The position numbers were made by a program, and so were the translations under genes. DNA of 46,449 nucleotides from Actinomycetota bacterium (lineage in GTDB: Bacteria; Actinomycetota; CADDZG01; JAHWKV01; JAOPZY01), in assembly GCA_025963875.1 (NCBI GenBank), contig JAOPZY010000109.1, forward strand, positions 1 to 46,449, written 5' to 3'. Under the pieces are notes generated by a model that was given only the letters and a program-made list of their open reading frames with translations, did not search any database and was not told the DNA's origin. Each line of letters starts with the position of its first letter. Within the stretch, counting starts at the first letter, position 1. Shown in pieces: positions 9,212-18,874 of this stretch.

Positions 9212-9847
9212 TCAGGACAGGTACTGATCCGGGGGGAGGTAGTAGGGATTCTCCAGGAGCTGGCCGCTCACGACCAGCTTCGGATGGGTACGCAGCAGGT
9301 CGAGGAGGATGCCGCCGCCGAAGTGGCCAAGGTCGTAGAGGCACACGATCGCCTGGGGGTACTGGGGAGCGAAACGGTTGAGCTCTGCTTCGTAGCGGAA
9401 GAACTCCTCGCGCTCGTCGGGGAGGTCGTGCAGCGCCCACGGCATCTCGCCGGTGAGCCGCCAGAAGGGGTAGTCCCCCTCGGCGGCGGCCACCGAGAGG
9501 GTCTCCTTCCAGAAGTCGAGGATGCCCCCGGTCGTGAAGGGCCTGGTTCGGAGGTAGGTCTCGGCGGCGGTGAAGAGCTCGAGCTGGCGCTGGGCCAGTG
9601 CAGACTTCGCGTCGATGTCGTCCCCCAGGTCCTCCAGCACCTGGGACGTCGGTGAGGAGTCCACGACGCAGAAACACTTGTGGCCCGCCTCGAGGCCGGC
9701 TCGCAGGAAGGGGAGCATGATCTGATCACGCTCCGCCTGGCTCACGTACAGTGCGCAGATGTGGTCGCCCGGCTCCATCGGTACGCCTGGGACGCCGAAT
9801 TCCAACGTGTCCGTCACGAGTGGATCGTTCACGAGTGGATCGTTCAT
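9212..9847 (-). CDS. Stand-alone MEDS (DcmR-type sensory) domain protein
   Basis: PGDHICALY, FLRAGLEAG, RLTGEMPW, YEAELN, CLYD, THP motifs typical of MEDS. Confidence 0.85.
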   Translation of the reverse strand: MNDPLVNDPLVTDTLEFGVPGVPMEPGDHICALYVSQAERDQIMLPFLRAGLEAGHKCFCVVDSSPTSQVLEDLGDDIDAKSALAQRQLELFTAAETYLRTRPFTTGGILDFWKETLSVAAAEGDYPFWRLTGEMPWALHDLPDEREEFFRYEAELNRFAPQYPQAIVCLYDLGHFGGGILLDLLRTHPKLVVSGQLLENPYYLPPDQYLS

Positions 9848-9968
9848 GGGGGCACACCTTTCTCAGGGAAGGGCCGCCTTCGGAGTCTACCGCTCTGGCT
9901 GTGATGTTTCGTCTAGGCTAGATTTCTCTTCTGCCGGAATACTGTTGTAACGGAAATCGGGGACGGCG

Positions 9969-11660
9969 TTGACCGACGCAGCTTCCCGGGAGTCGGAGGA
10001 CGACCTCCGGGACCAGCTTTCCAGCCTGCAGGGCGTGATGCTGCTCTCCCGGCTGATGACGGAGAGCGCCGACCGCGACCGCATCCTCGAGATGGTCGCC
10101 AACACGCTGCCGTCCCTCGGGAGGTGCCACCTCGAGGGGGTCTGGCTTTTCGATACCGGGTGGCGGGCGACCGCAGGGGCAGGCGCAGACCCTGCGGTCC
10201 GGGCCGACGTGGAATTGCAGGTGCGCGGCCTGGCTGTCGGTGGATCCCTTCGTGTCCCGGGAGCGGAATGGAGCTGGGCAGAACCCCTCCGAGGCCCCAC
10301 GGGCCCGCTCGGCTACGTCGTCGTCACCGCTGGCCAGGAGCCCTCGGGTGCCGAGCGGTTCCTGCTCCGCTCGCTTTCGCAGCAGCTCGGAATGGCGCTC
10401 ACGAACGCAGCGCTCCTGGCTCGCGAGCGGACCCAGTCGGAGAACCTGCGGACGGCGAACCGGGCCCTCGGCGAGTCGGTGGCGGCCCTGGAACGGAGCA
10501 CGGCCATCCACGAGCGCCTGACCCAGGTGGCGGCGTCCGGGCTGGGAGAGGCGGGGATCGCCGAGGCGGTGCACGACCTGACCGGCTACCCGATCGCGGT
10601 CGAGGACCGGCACGGCAACCTGCGGGCCTGGGCCGGGCCCGGCCGGCCGGACCCATATCCCAAGGATGACCCCCCGGCGCGCCAGGCGATGCTCCGACGG
10701 GTGGTGGCGGCCGATCGCCCCCTGCGGGAAGGGTCCCGGATCTACATTCTCGCCCGGGCACGGGAGGACGTCGTCGGGGTCATGGTCCTGATCGACCCGA
10801 GCGGGGTGGCGGGGGAGCGTGAACGGGTGGCCCTCGAGCACGGCGCCACCGTCCTCGCAATGGAACTGGCCCGGCTCCAGAGCCTCGCGGACACGGAACT
10901 GCGCCTCCGCCGCGACCTGGTGGAGGAGCTGCTCTCCGGTACGGACCAGGAGAGCGCCCTGGCCCGGGCCGCGGCCCTCCGCTACGACCTGCAGCGTCCG
11001 CACCGGGTCGTCGTGGTCGAACAGGCCAGCGGGGAGCCCGGCAACGGCCGTCTCTTCCGGGCAGTGAGGGCTGCGGCCCGGGATGCGGGCGTGGGGAGCC
11101 TGCTCGTGTCCCGGCTCGGCAGGGTCGTCGTGCTGTCCGACTCGCACAACAGCTCCTGGGGTGCGTTTCAGGCCGAGTTGCTTCATGACCTCGGCGGACC
11201 GGGATGCCGGGTGGGCGTCGGGGGCACGTGCGTCGCTGCGTCCGATTACCCTCGCTCCTACCGTGAGGCCGTGCTGGCCCTCCGGATCCAGCGCCTCTCC
11301 CGGGGCATGGAGCGGGTCACCTTCTTCGACGGTCTCGGCGTCTACCGCATCCTGGCAGACCTCAAAGACCTCTCCCTGGTGGAATCGTTCGTGCGGGTTT
11401 GGCTGGGGTCCCTGATCGACTACGACGAGCAGAAGGGCGCGGACCTCGTGATGACGCTCACCTCGTACCTGGAGCACGGCGGGAACTACGAGGCCACGGC
11501 CCACGCCCTCGCCGTCCACCGCAACACGCTCAAATACCGGCTGCAGCGCATCCGCGAGATCTCGGGCCGGGACCTCGGCGATCCCGACACGAATTTCAAC
11601 CTCCAGCTGGCGACACGCTCCTGGCGGATCCTGGCCGCCCTGAGGTCGCCCGCCGACTGA
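9969..11660 (+). CDS. PucR/CdaR-family regulator with N-terminal GAF-like domain
   Basis: C-terminal TLTSYLEHGGNYEATAHALAVHRNTLKYRLQRI HTH; TTG start. Confidence 0.9.
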   Translation: MTDAASRESEDDLRDQLSSLQGVMLLSRLMTESADRDRILEMVANTLPSLGRCHLEGVWLFDTGWRATAGAGADPAVRADVELQVRGLAVGGSLRVPGAEWSWAEPLRGPTGPLGYVVVTAGQEPSGAERFLLRSLSQQLGMALTNAALLARERTQSENLRTANRALGESVAALERSTAIHERLTQVAASGLGEAGIAEAVHDLTGYPIAVEDRHGNLRAWAGPGRPDPYPKDDPPARQAMLRRVVAADRPLREGSRIYILARAREDVVGVMVLIDPSGVAGERERVALEHGATVLAMELARLQSLADTELRLRRDLVEELLSGTDQESALARAAALRYDLQRPHRVVVVEQASGEPGNGRLFRAVRAAARDAGVGSLLVSRLGRVVVLSDSHNSSWGAFQAELLHDLGGPGCRVGVGGTCVAASDYPRSYREAVLALRIQRLSRGMERVTFFDGLGVYRILADLKDLSLVESFVRVWLGSLIDYDEQKGADLVMTLTSYLEHGGNYEATAHALAVHRNTLKYRLQRIREISGRDLGDPDTNFNLQLATRSWRILAALRSPAD

Positions 11661-11682
11661 CCCCGGGCGCATCGACGCCCGG

Positions 11683-12108
11683 TCAACTCCGGGCGACCGG
11701 GATCCTCTTGACGGAGCTTTCGGTCTCGGCGCCAATCGGGACCCGGATCTCCAGGATCCCGTCCTTGTAGGACGCCTTGATGTCCTCCTCCTTGACGCCG
11801 GGGGGCAGCGGGAGCGCCCGGACGAACTCTCCGTAGCGGAACTCCGAGCGGTACTCGTCGGTCCCCTTCTGCTCGTTCCGCTCCTCACGGTGTACCCGGA
11901 CCTGCAGCATTCCGTCGGACACGGTCAACTCCACGTCACGTTCGGGGTCGATGCCCGGCGTCTCGGAGCGGATCACAAGCTCGTCGCCGTTGCGGTATTC
12001 CTCCACCGGCAGCCACCCCGATGCGAGCCCCGACGGCTCTCCGTTGAAGAATCTGCGGAACAGCTCCGGCAGTTCCAGGCCTCCCGGGCCCCGGCGCACG
12101 ATTGCCAT
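11683..12108 (-). CDS. Hsp20/alpha-crystallin small heat-shock protein
   Basis: SEFRYGEFVRALPLP...IKASYKDGILEIRVP; RBS AGAGGAGG. Confidence 0.93.
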   Translation of the reverse strand: MAIVRRGPGGLELPELFRRFFNGEPSGLASGWLPVEEYRNGDELVIRSETPGIDPERDVELTVSDGMLQVRVHREERNEQKGTDEYRSEFRYGEFVRALPLPPGVKEEDIKASYKDGILEIRVPIGAETESSVKRIPVARS

Positions 12109-12167
12109 GGCGTTACCTCCTCTTGTCCTGGTTCGATGGTTCCGGTCTGTGCGTGATCCCGCTTTCG

Positions 12168-12219
12168 AGGTTAGGACGGGCCTGGGGACTCCACATCAGG
12201 CGTCTTCGTAGTTCCTCGG
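12168..12219 (-). promoter_or_regulatory. Shared box plus -10 element upstream of hsp20
   Basis: Minus strand GGAACTACGA-N7-TGAT-N21-TAACCT; same arrangement at 14438-14492. Confidence 0.5.
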
Positions 12220-12305
12220 GAACCCCGCGGCCAGCCCCCCCGGGCCTGGGATGAACCACGCGACCGCGAGATGTGGGGCGCCGGGACCGGCGCGAGCCTC
12301 CTCCC

Positions 12306-13085
12306 ATGGAGATCTCCGTCGAACTCGGCCACGCCGTGGGCCCTCCCGCGGTGGCCGTGGCCGCCTGCACCCTCCCGTCCGACCGGGAGGGCGGAGCGTC
12401 GGGGGACTGGCACGACGTGATCGCGCTGCCGAGCGGGGACGTGGCGGTGGTCGTCGGCGATGCGGCGGGCCACGGGGTGCAGGCCCGGCCCCTCAAGGAT
12501 GCGCTGCAGCGGGGTCTGCGGGGGATGGCGATGACCGGGACGGAGCCGTCCGAGCTCGTCAACGGCCTCGACAACGTCGTCGTCCCCGACCGGGACGGCT
12601 ACGCCACGGTTGTCTATGCAGTCGTGGAGCCGAAGCGTGGGGAGGTCGTCCTGACCAATGCCGGTCACCCCCCGCCACTGCTGGTCGGAAGTGGGGGATC
12701 GGCAAGGTTCCTCACCGACACCCTGGACCCTCCGCTCGGGGCGCCCAGGGCTCCGACGTCGCCCGAGGTCGGCCGGACACAGCTCCGGCCAGGCGACACG
12801 CTGGTGCTCTACACCGACGGGCTCATCGAGCGGCGCAGCCGCGATATCAGCACCGGCCTCGCGGGCCTGGCCGCCCTGGCGGCCCGCCTTGCCAGCGCTT
12901 CACTGGACGAGCTGTGCGCCCGGCTCCTTTGCATGGCCCTCGACGCCTCGGATCCCTCGGACGATCTGACGGTGATCGCGCTTCGCCTTCAGTACAACCC
13001 CTCCGCCGCTCCACCGCTCATCCCGACTCCCCTTCTGCCTGCGCCTGCCCCGATTGCCATCGCTCCCCTCGCTCCGTTCGGCTGA
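12306..13085 (+). CDS. Stand-alone PP2C/SpoIIE (RsbU-like) serine phosphatase
   Basis: SGDWHD, VGDAAGHG, NAGHPPP, LYTDGLIE, DDLT motifs. Start uncertain (12273 or 12306). Confidence 0.88.
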   Translation: MEISVELGHAVGPPAVAVAACTLPSDREGGASGDWHDVIALPSGDVAVVVGDAAGHGVQARPLKDALQRGLRGMAMTGTEPSELVNGLDNVVVPDRDGYATVVYAVVEPKRGEVVLTNAGHPPPLLVGSGGSARFLTDTLDPPLGAPRAPTSPEVGRTQLRPGDTLVLYTDGLIERRSRDISTGLAGLAALAARLASASLDELCARLLCMALDASDPSDDLTVIALRLQYNPSAAPPLIPTPLLPAPAPIAIAPLAPFG

Positions 13086-13093
13086 CGCGAAGC

Positions 13094-13309
13094 TCAACGG
13101 CGGGCGATCAGGTTCAGGACCAGCGTCAGGACCAGCGACAGCACGAGGCACGTGCCAAGCGGCGCATAGATGCGCACACTCCCCCGGGTCCACTGCAGGT
13201 CGCCGGGGAGGCGGCCGAGGCCGAGCCTTCCACCGGCAAGGAAGATGACCCCGATCAGCATGATGACGCCGCCCAGAGCGATCAGCCAGCGCCCGAGCTC
13301 CCGTTCCAT
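13094..13309 (-). CDS. DUF2905-family small membrane protein
   Basis: TM-LGRLPGDL..IYAPLGTCLVLS-TM pattern. Confidence 0.85.
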   Translation of the reverse strand: MERELGRWLIALGGVIMLIGVIFLAGGRLGLGRLPGDLQWTRGSVRIYAPLGTCLVLSLVLTLVLNLIARR

Positions 13310-13312
13310 CTT

Positions 13313-14428
13313 CTAGCCGACCACCTGGGCGGCCGAGTGAGGGACGTCGAACCGCAGGAAGGCCGCCACGGAGTGCTGCGAGAGGGGCGTGGGGGCCTGG
13401 ACGTGCTCGACCCGCCCGCTGGCGCCGATGACCGCAGCGCCCATCTCCTCGATCACATCCTGTGTGACCCGCAGGGGGCCGCCGCATCGCTGGCACGTTG
13501 CCCCCACCAGCCCGAGCCAGCCACACGCGTCGCAGGCGGATCCGCTGGCCCGGGCCTCCTCGTCGATCAGCAGGAACTGGACCGCCTCCTCGTTCACGGC
13601 AGCGAGGCACCACGGGATCCCTGCCGCTCCCAGGCCGCCGGTCGTCACCCGGTCGAGGATCTCCGCCACCAGCGATGCCTCCTCCGCGCGCTCGTAGCGG
13701 TCGACCACCGCCTCGGCGCAGCACCGGGCCTGCTCCGGGCCCATGGTCCGCGGATCGAAGGCGAACGTTCCGGCAACCCTGCCGCGAAGGTGGTGGGGCA
13801 CGAAGGGCAGGAAGGCTGCCACGGTCTCCTCGGGGCCTCCCACGAGGAGGAGCTCGGCCCGGGTGGCATGGATGAACTCGTCCGCGACGTCCGCCGTCTC
13901 GCGGAACAGCCGGTGCGCCGGCGACGGATCCCGTCCGACCGGCCGGCCCGGCTTGCCGGGCGTCACCACGATGGTCGCTCCCTCGAGCTCGCCCATGAAC
14001 AGCTCGTAGAGGCAGGCCTGCATCCGGTCCAGCACCACGAGGCAGTAGCGGCGGGACTCGTCGAGGAAGGCGAGGAGGGGCCGGAGGTAGGGCGTCGCAT
14101 CGACGACCGCCCGATCGCGCGCTCGTCGAGGGACGACGACCTCCTCGTAGAGCCCGGCCCGGTGACAGGCGAAGATCCCCACCGTCGACCCCTCGGGCGG
14201 GCCTCCCCGGGCAGCGAGGTCGAGGACCCTCGCCACGTCGGACAAGAGCGATCGACGCAAAGCCTGGCTCGGCTCGGCCTCCGCCTGCTCGAGAACCTCC
14301 CCGACCAGCGACTCCAGTTTCGTCCGCAACGCCGACGGCCCTCCGTCCACCCCCACATAGACGGACAGGACCGGGGCCCCCGAGGGCCGGAACTGCAGCA
14401 GGCGGTCGAAGATGTCCTGATCCACCAT
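13313..14428 (-). CDS. Bacterial aeRF1-like protein (baeRF10-like) with C-terminal Zn ribbon and no GGQ
   Basis: PVLSVYV, PYLRPLL..LDE..RY.LVVLDR, LLLVGG, AVNEEAVQFLL, CDACG..CQRCG, DVIEEM, AAFLRF match the three-domain eRF1/Pelota layout. Confidence 0.78.
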   Translation of the reverse strand: MVDQDIFDRLLQFRPSGAPVLSVYVGVDGGPSALRTKLESLVGEVLEQAEAEPSQALRRSLLSDVARVLDLAARGGPPEGSTVGIFACHRAGLYEEVVVPRRARDRAVVDATPYLRPLLAFLDESRRYCLVVLDRMQACLYELFMGELEGATIVVTPGKPGRPVGRDPSPAHRLFRETADVADEFIHATRAELLLVGGPEETVAAFLPFVPHHLRGRVAGTFAFDPRTMGPEQARCCAEAVVDRYERAEEASLVAEILDRVTTGGLGAAGIPWCLAAVNEEAVQFLLIDEEARASGSACDACGWLGLVGATCQRCGGPLRVTQDVIEEMGAAVIGASGRVEHVQAPTPLSQHSVAAFLRFDVPHSAAQVVG

Positions 14429-14437
14429 GGCCCGACC

Positions 14438-14492
14438 AGGCTAGTGCCGCCCACGCCACACCGGTATCACGAAGCCTCGTAGTTCCCCTCGG
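14438..14492 (-). promoter_or_regulatory. Shared box plus -10 element upstream of the baeRF gene
   Basis: Minus strand GGAACTACGA-N7-TGAT-N22-TAGCCT, ending 9 nt before ATG 14428. Confidence 0.5.
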
Positions 14493-14615
14493 TGCCTTCG
14501 GGGGACCCGGCGGAGCTCCACGCGACTACCACGCGACTGCGGGATGTCCCGCCCCCCCGAGGGGCGCGAGCCTGGGAGCGTCGACCCACCTGATCAGACG
14601 AGAAGGAGACACCCC

Positions 14616-15086
14616 ATGCTCATGCGCTTCGATCCCTTCCGAAATTTCGACTCCCTCGCTCAGATGCTGGCGCAGCGGGGTGGGCCGGCCGAGCAATCGC
14701 CCATCCCGATGGATGCCTACCGGGAGGGCGACCGGTTCATCGTCCACTTCGATCTCCCGGGCGTCGACCCGTCCAGCATCGACCTGACCGTCGAGAAGAA
14801 CGTCCTGACCGTGCGGGCGGAGCGGACGTGGCCGGCATCCGAGGGCCAGGAGGTCCTCGTGCGGGAGCGCCCCGAGGGAACCTTCGTCCGCCAGCTCTTC
14901 CTCGGCGAGGGACTGGACACCGAGCACGTCGAGGCCACCTACCACAACGGCGTCCTCACGCTCACCATCCCCGTTGCCGAGCAGGCCAAGCCTCGCAAGG
15001 TCCAGGTGACCGGCGGCGACAGCGAACAGCCGGTCGAGCCGAAGAGCGAAGCGGAGCAACCAGCGGAGGTGTCGAGCGCAGCCTGA
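14616..15086 (+). CDS. Hsp20/alpha-crystallin protein (18-kDa-antigen type)
   Basis: MLMRFDPFR, PMDAYR, FDLPGVD, ERPEGTFVRQL, ATYHNGVLTL; RBS AAGGAG. Confidence 0.93.
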   Translation: MLMRFDPFRNFDSLAQMLAQRGGPAEQSPIPMDAYREGDRFIVHFDLPGVDPSSIDLTVEKNVLTVRAERTWPASEGQEVLVRERPEGTFVRQLFLGEGLDTEHVEATYHNGVLTLTIPVAEQAKPRKVQVTGGDSEQPVEPKSEAEQPAEVSSAA

Positions 15087-15344
15087 TGCGGCTGTCCAGC
15101 TAAAGGAGTCGGAGACCTGCGGGAGCCGGCCAACTGCTTCCCCAGTCGGCCGATGTCCCCCGGAACGAGGCAAGAGGAAAAAGAGGACGGGGTTGCGTTG
15201 AGGGCCTACGGCACCAGTCCCACCCCGTGACAGGCCGAACCCACTTGACAGGGAGCCGGCAGCGGCGGTTTCCGATGCCAGTTTTTGATCGATGTGAGGA
15301 GTAAGGCAGGGCGAGCGAAGTACGACGACAGAAAGGAACGAGCC

Positions 15345-17249
15345 ATGGCGAAGGCAGTCGGGATCGACCTCGGGACCACCAACTCAGTGATCGCCGTCGT
15401 GGAGGGCGGGCAGCCCCGCGTCATCCCCAACGCCGAGGGTGCTCGCACCACGCCGTCGGTCGTGGCGTTCACGGAGCAGGGTGAGCGCCTCGTGGGCCAG
15501 CTGGCCCGGCGCCAGGCCATCCTCAATCCGAAGGCCACCATCTACTCGGCGAAGCGCTTCATCGGGCGGCGGTTCGACGAGGTCGAGAGCGAGCTGCACG
15601 CGGTCAGCTACGACGTCGTGCCCGGCCCGGACGGCGCGGTTCGCTTCCGCATCCGCGGGAAGCTCTACGCGCCAGAGGAGATCTCCGCTCTCGTGCTGCG
15701 CAAGCTCGCCGACGACGCCGCGAAGTTCCTCGGCGAGAAGGTCACCGAGGCCGTGATCACCGTCCCCGCCTACTTCAACGACGCCCAGCGCCAGGCGACC
15801 AAGGACGCCGGCCGTATCGCCGGGCTCGAGGTCCTCCGGATCATCAACGAGCCGACGGCGGCCGCCCTCGCCTACGGCCTGGACAAGAAGGGCAACGAGA
15901 CGGTCCTGGTCTTCGACCTCGGCGGTGGCACGTTCGACGTCAGCATCCTCGACGTGGGCGACGGGGTGGTCGAGGTTCGGGCGACCGCCGGCGACACGCA
16001 CCTCGGCGGCGACGACTTCGACCGCCGCATCGTCGACTGGCTGGCCGATCAGTTCCAGAAGGACAACGGGATCGACCTGCGCAAGGACCCCCAGGCTCTC
16101 CAGCGCCTCTTCGAGGCGGCCGAGAAGGCCAAGGTCGAGCTGTCGGCGGTGACGCAGACCACGATCAGCCTGCCCTTCATCACCGCAGACGCCAACGGCC
16201 CGAAGCACCTCAACGCCACGCTCATGCGCTCGACGTTCGAGCAGATCACTGCTGATCTCCTTGAGCGGTGCATGGGGCCCGTCCAGCAGGCTATGGCGGA
16301 CGCCAAGCTCACCGCAGACGACATCGACGAGGTGATCCTGGTCGGGGGAGCCACCCGCATGCCGGCGGTGCAGAACCTGGTCCGGCGCCTGACCGGCGGC
16401 AAGGAGCCCAACATGACCGTCAACCCCGACGAGGTCGTGGCCATCGGCGCCGCCATCCAAGCCGCGATCATCAAGGGCGACGTCCGCGACGTCCTGCTCC
16501 TCGACGTGAACCCGCTGTCGCTCGGGGTCGAGACCCTGGGCGGCGTCATGACCAAGGTGATCGACCGCAACACAACGATCCCCGCCCGCCGCACGGAGAC
16601 CTTCTCCACCGCCGAGGACAACCAGTCGGCGGTGGACGTCGTCGTGCTGCAGGGGGAGAGGGAGCGGGCCTCGGACAACCGGGTGCTCGGCCGCTTCCGG
16701 TTGGAGGGCATCCGCCCCGCACCCCGGGGCCAGCCCCAGGTCGAGGTGACGTACGACATCGACGCAAACGGGATCTTGAACGTCTCGGCCCGCGACAAGG
16801 ACACCGGCAAAGAGCAGCGGATCACCATCAGTGAGAGCTCCAACCTCGACAAGGGGGAGATCGAGCGCATGGTGCGCGACTCCGAGCAGCATCGCTCCGA
16901 GGACGCCGAGCTGCGGCAGGTCGTCGATGCCCGCAACGAGCTGGACTCGACGATCTACCGGGTGGAGCGCCGGCTTGCCGAGCTCGGCGACGCGGTGCCG
17001 GTGCATGAGAAAGGCAGGGCCGAGATGCTGCTCAACGACGCCCGCCAGGCGATCAAGGAGGAGGCGCCGCTCGAGCGGCTGCGCTCGCTCACCGCCGAGC
17101 TGCAGCAGATCTACCACAGCCTCGGCGCCGGCTCGGGGCAACCTCCGGGCGGCGGGGCACCGTATGGGGCCCCGGGAGGGGGCTCGGACGGCCGGGACGC
17201 CCCGGTGGACGACGACGACGTCATCGACGCCGAATTCACGGCGAGCTGA
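15345..17249 (+). CDS. dnaK: Molecular chaperone DnaK
   Basis: [32 protein letters not shown]; acidic tail DVIDAEF; RBS AAAGGA. Confidence 0.97.
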   Translation: MAKAVGIDLGTTNSVIAVVEGGQPRVIPNAEGARTTPSVVAFTEQGERLVGQLARRQAILNPKATIYSAKRFIGRRFDEVESELHAVSYDVVPGPDGAVRFRIRGKLYAPEEISALVLRKLADDAAKFLGEKVTEAVITVPAYFNDAQRQATKDAGRIAGLEVLRIINEPTAAALAYGLDKKGNETVLVFDLGGGTFDVSILDVGDGVVEVRATAGDTHLGGDDFDRRIVDWLADQFQKDNGIDLRKDPQALQRLFEAAEKAKVELSAVTQTTISLPFITADANGPKHLNATLMRSTFEQITADLLERCMGPVQQAMADAKLTADDIDEVILVGGATRMPAVQNLVRRLTGGKEPNMTVNPDEVVAIGAAIQAAIIKGDVRDVLLLDVNPLSLGVETLGGVMTKVIDRNTTIPARRTETFSTAEDNQSAVDVVVLQGERERASDNRVLGRFRLEGIRPAPRGQPQVEVTYDIDANGILNVSARDKDTGKEQRITISESSNLDKGEIERMVRDSEQHRSEDAELRQVVDARNELDSTIYRVERRLAELGDAVPVHEKGRAEMLLNDARQAIKEEAPLERLRSLTAELQQIYHSLGAGSGQPPGGGAPYGAPGGGSDGRDAPVDDDDVIDAEFTAS

Positions 17250-17251
17250 CG

Positions 17252-17842
17252 ATGGCCGACCAGACGATTCCTTCCCGCGGAGAGCCGCGGGAGGACCAGA
17301 GGACGCACCCCGACGAGGGGCCGGACACGGCTACGGACACGTCCCAGCGGGGCAACGGTCAGTCGGCCAGGGTGGCCGAGCTGTCTGCCCAGGTGGCAAC
17401 CCTGGACGACCGCTGGCGCCGTGCCGTCGCCGATCTCGAGAACCTGCGCAAGCGGATGGCCGTCGAGGTGGACCGGGAGCGGTCCTACGAGCGGAACCGG
17501 GCGGCCTCGGCGCTCCTACCCATCGTCGACAACCTCGACCTCGCGCTCGAGCACGCGGCTGCCGACCCCCGTTCCCTGATCCAGGGATTGCTTGCCGTCC
17601 GCGACCAGGCGGTGAACGCCCTGGCCATGCTGGGGTTCCCCCGCCGTGACGACCTCGGCGTCCATTTCGACCCGTCCCGCCACGAGGCGGTGGGTTCCGT
17701 CCCGGGGGCCGATGCGGCCCCCGGGACGGTGGTGGCAGTGGTGCGGCCGGGCTACGGAGAAGGCGACCGCCAGCTCCGCCCCGCAGCAGTCGTGGTCGCC
17801 ACCGGAGGGAGCTCCGGCGAGGCCGAGGAAGGTTCTGGGTGA
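17252..17842 (+). CDS. grpE: Nucleotide exchange factor GrpE
   Basis: ADLENLRKR, LLPIVDNLDLAL, FDPSRHEAV, RPGY..LRPA.V. Confidence 0.95.
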   Translation: MADQTIPSRGEPREDQRTHPDEGPDTATDTSQRGNGQSARVAELSAQVATLDDRWRRAVADLENLRKRMAVEVDRERSYERNRAASALLPIVDNLDLALEHAAADPRSLIQGLLAVRDQAVNALAMLGFPRRDDLGVHFDPSRHEAVGSVPGADAAPGTVVAVVRPGYGEGDRQLRPAAVVVATGGSSGEAEEGSG

Positions 17843-17848
17843 TGGGCG

Positions 17849-18874
17849 ATGGCAGAGCCCCGAGACTTCTACGAGGTCCTGGGCGTTCCCAGGACCGCCA
17901 GCCAGAAGGAGATCCAGCGCTCTTACCGCAAGCTGGCGCGGACGTACCACCCCGACGTCAACAAGGACCCGGCTGCCGAGGGCCGCTTCAAGGAGATCTC
18001 GGAGGCCTACGACGTGCTGTCCGACCCGGAGCAGCGACGTCGCTACGACACGTTCGGCCCGCAGTTCCGCCAGGTGCCGGAAGGGATGGATGCGGAGACC
18101 TGGCAGCGCGTGCGCTCCGGGGCAGGCCGGCGGGAGCCCTCGGGGCAGCGCGCCGGCGCCGGGCGGCCGGGCCAGCGGGAGGGGGAGAGTGTCTTCTTCA
18201 GCTCGGACTTCGGAGACGGGGACTTCAGCTTCGGCTCCGGGGACATCAACATCGAGGATCTGCTCGGGGGGATGTTCAGCCGATCCCGAGCCGGTGCCGG
18301 GGGTGGACCCGGCTTCGGGCGCGGGGTTGGCCCGACGCCGGGGGCGGATCAGGAGGCCGAGCTCACCCTGAGTGTCGAGGAGGCGTTCGCCGGCGGCCGG
18401 CGCACCGTGACCCTGTCGGCGCGCGGAGGGCCGCGGACGTTCGAGGTCAACATCCCGGCGGGCGTTGCGGACGGCCAGCGGATCCGGCTGGCCGGCCAGG
18501 GCGGCCAGGGCAGTGGCGGAGCCGCCCCTGGCGACCTCTACCTGAACGTCCGGCTGGCCCCGCATCCCCGCTACCGCGTCGAGGGCCGGGATATCACCGT
18601 GGAGTTGCGGCTGGCACCGTGGGAAGCGGCGCTCGGCGCCTCGGTCACCATCGAGGGGCCGGGGGGCGAGGCGAAACTGCGGGTGCCGCCGGGGACCTCC
18701 AGCGGGCGCCGGCTTCGGCTCAAGGGCCGCGGCCTGCCCAACCCCAAGGGCAAGCCCGGCGACCTGTACGCGGAAGCGAAGATCGTCGTGCCGCCACGGC
18801 TGGAGCCAAAGGAGCGCGAGCTCTTCGAGCAGCTTGCTTCCGTCTCCAGCTTCGACCCGAGGAGGCGCCGATGA
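17849..18874 (+). CDS. dnaJ: Class B J-domain protein (DnaJ/CbpA type, no zinc finger)
   Basis: J-domain with HPD, G/F-rich linker, C-terminal PGDLY repeats, no CxxCxGxG. Confidence 0.9.
   Translation: MAEPRDFYEVLGVPRTASQKEIQRSYRKLARTYHPDVNKDPAAEGRFKEISEAYDVLSDPEQRRRYDTFGPQFRQVPEGMDAETWQRVRSGAGRREPSGQRAGAGRPGQREGESVFFSSDFGDGDFSFGSGDINIEDLLGGMFSRSRAGAGGGPGFGRGVGPTPGADQEAELTLSVEEAFAGGRRTVTLSARGGPRTFEVNIPAGVADGQRIRLAGQGGQGSGGAAPGDLYLNVRLAPHPRYRVEGRDITVELRLAPWEAALGASVTIEGPGGEAKLRVPPGTSSGRRLRLKGRGLPNPKGKPGDLYAEAKIVVPPRLEPKERELFEQLASVSSFDPRRRR

Noticed and set aside
9934..9942. CGGAATACT also present at 44896-44904 as a shared promoter element
   Set aside because: Only 9 bp with no matching upstream element; chance is plausible.
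15206..15290. Minus-strand peptide [15 protein letters not shown] resembling a DnaJ zinc-finger repeat
   Set aside because: Spacing does not match CxxCxGxG, there is no independent start or RBS, and the ORF is mostly antisense to dnaK.
15087..15344. HAIR or CIRCE operator upstream of dnaK
   Set aside because: No CTTGAGT-N7-ACTCAAG or TTAGCACTC-N9-GAGTGCTAA; only an isolated CTTGACA.
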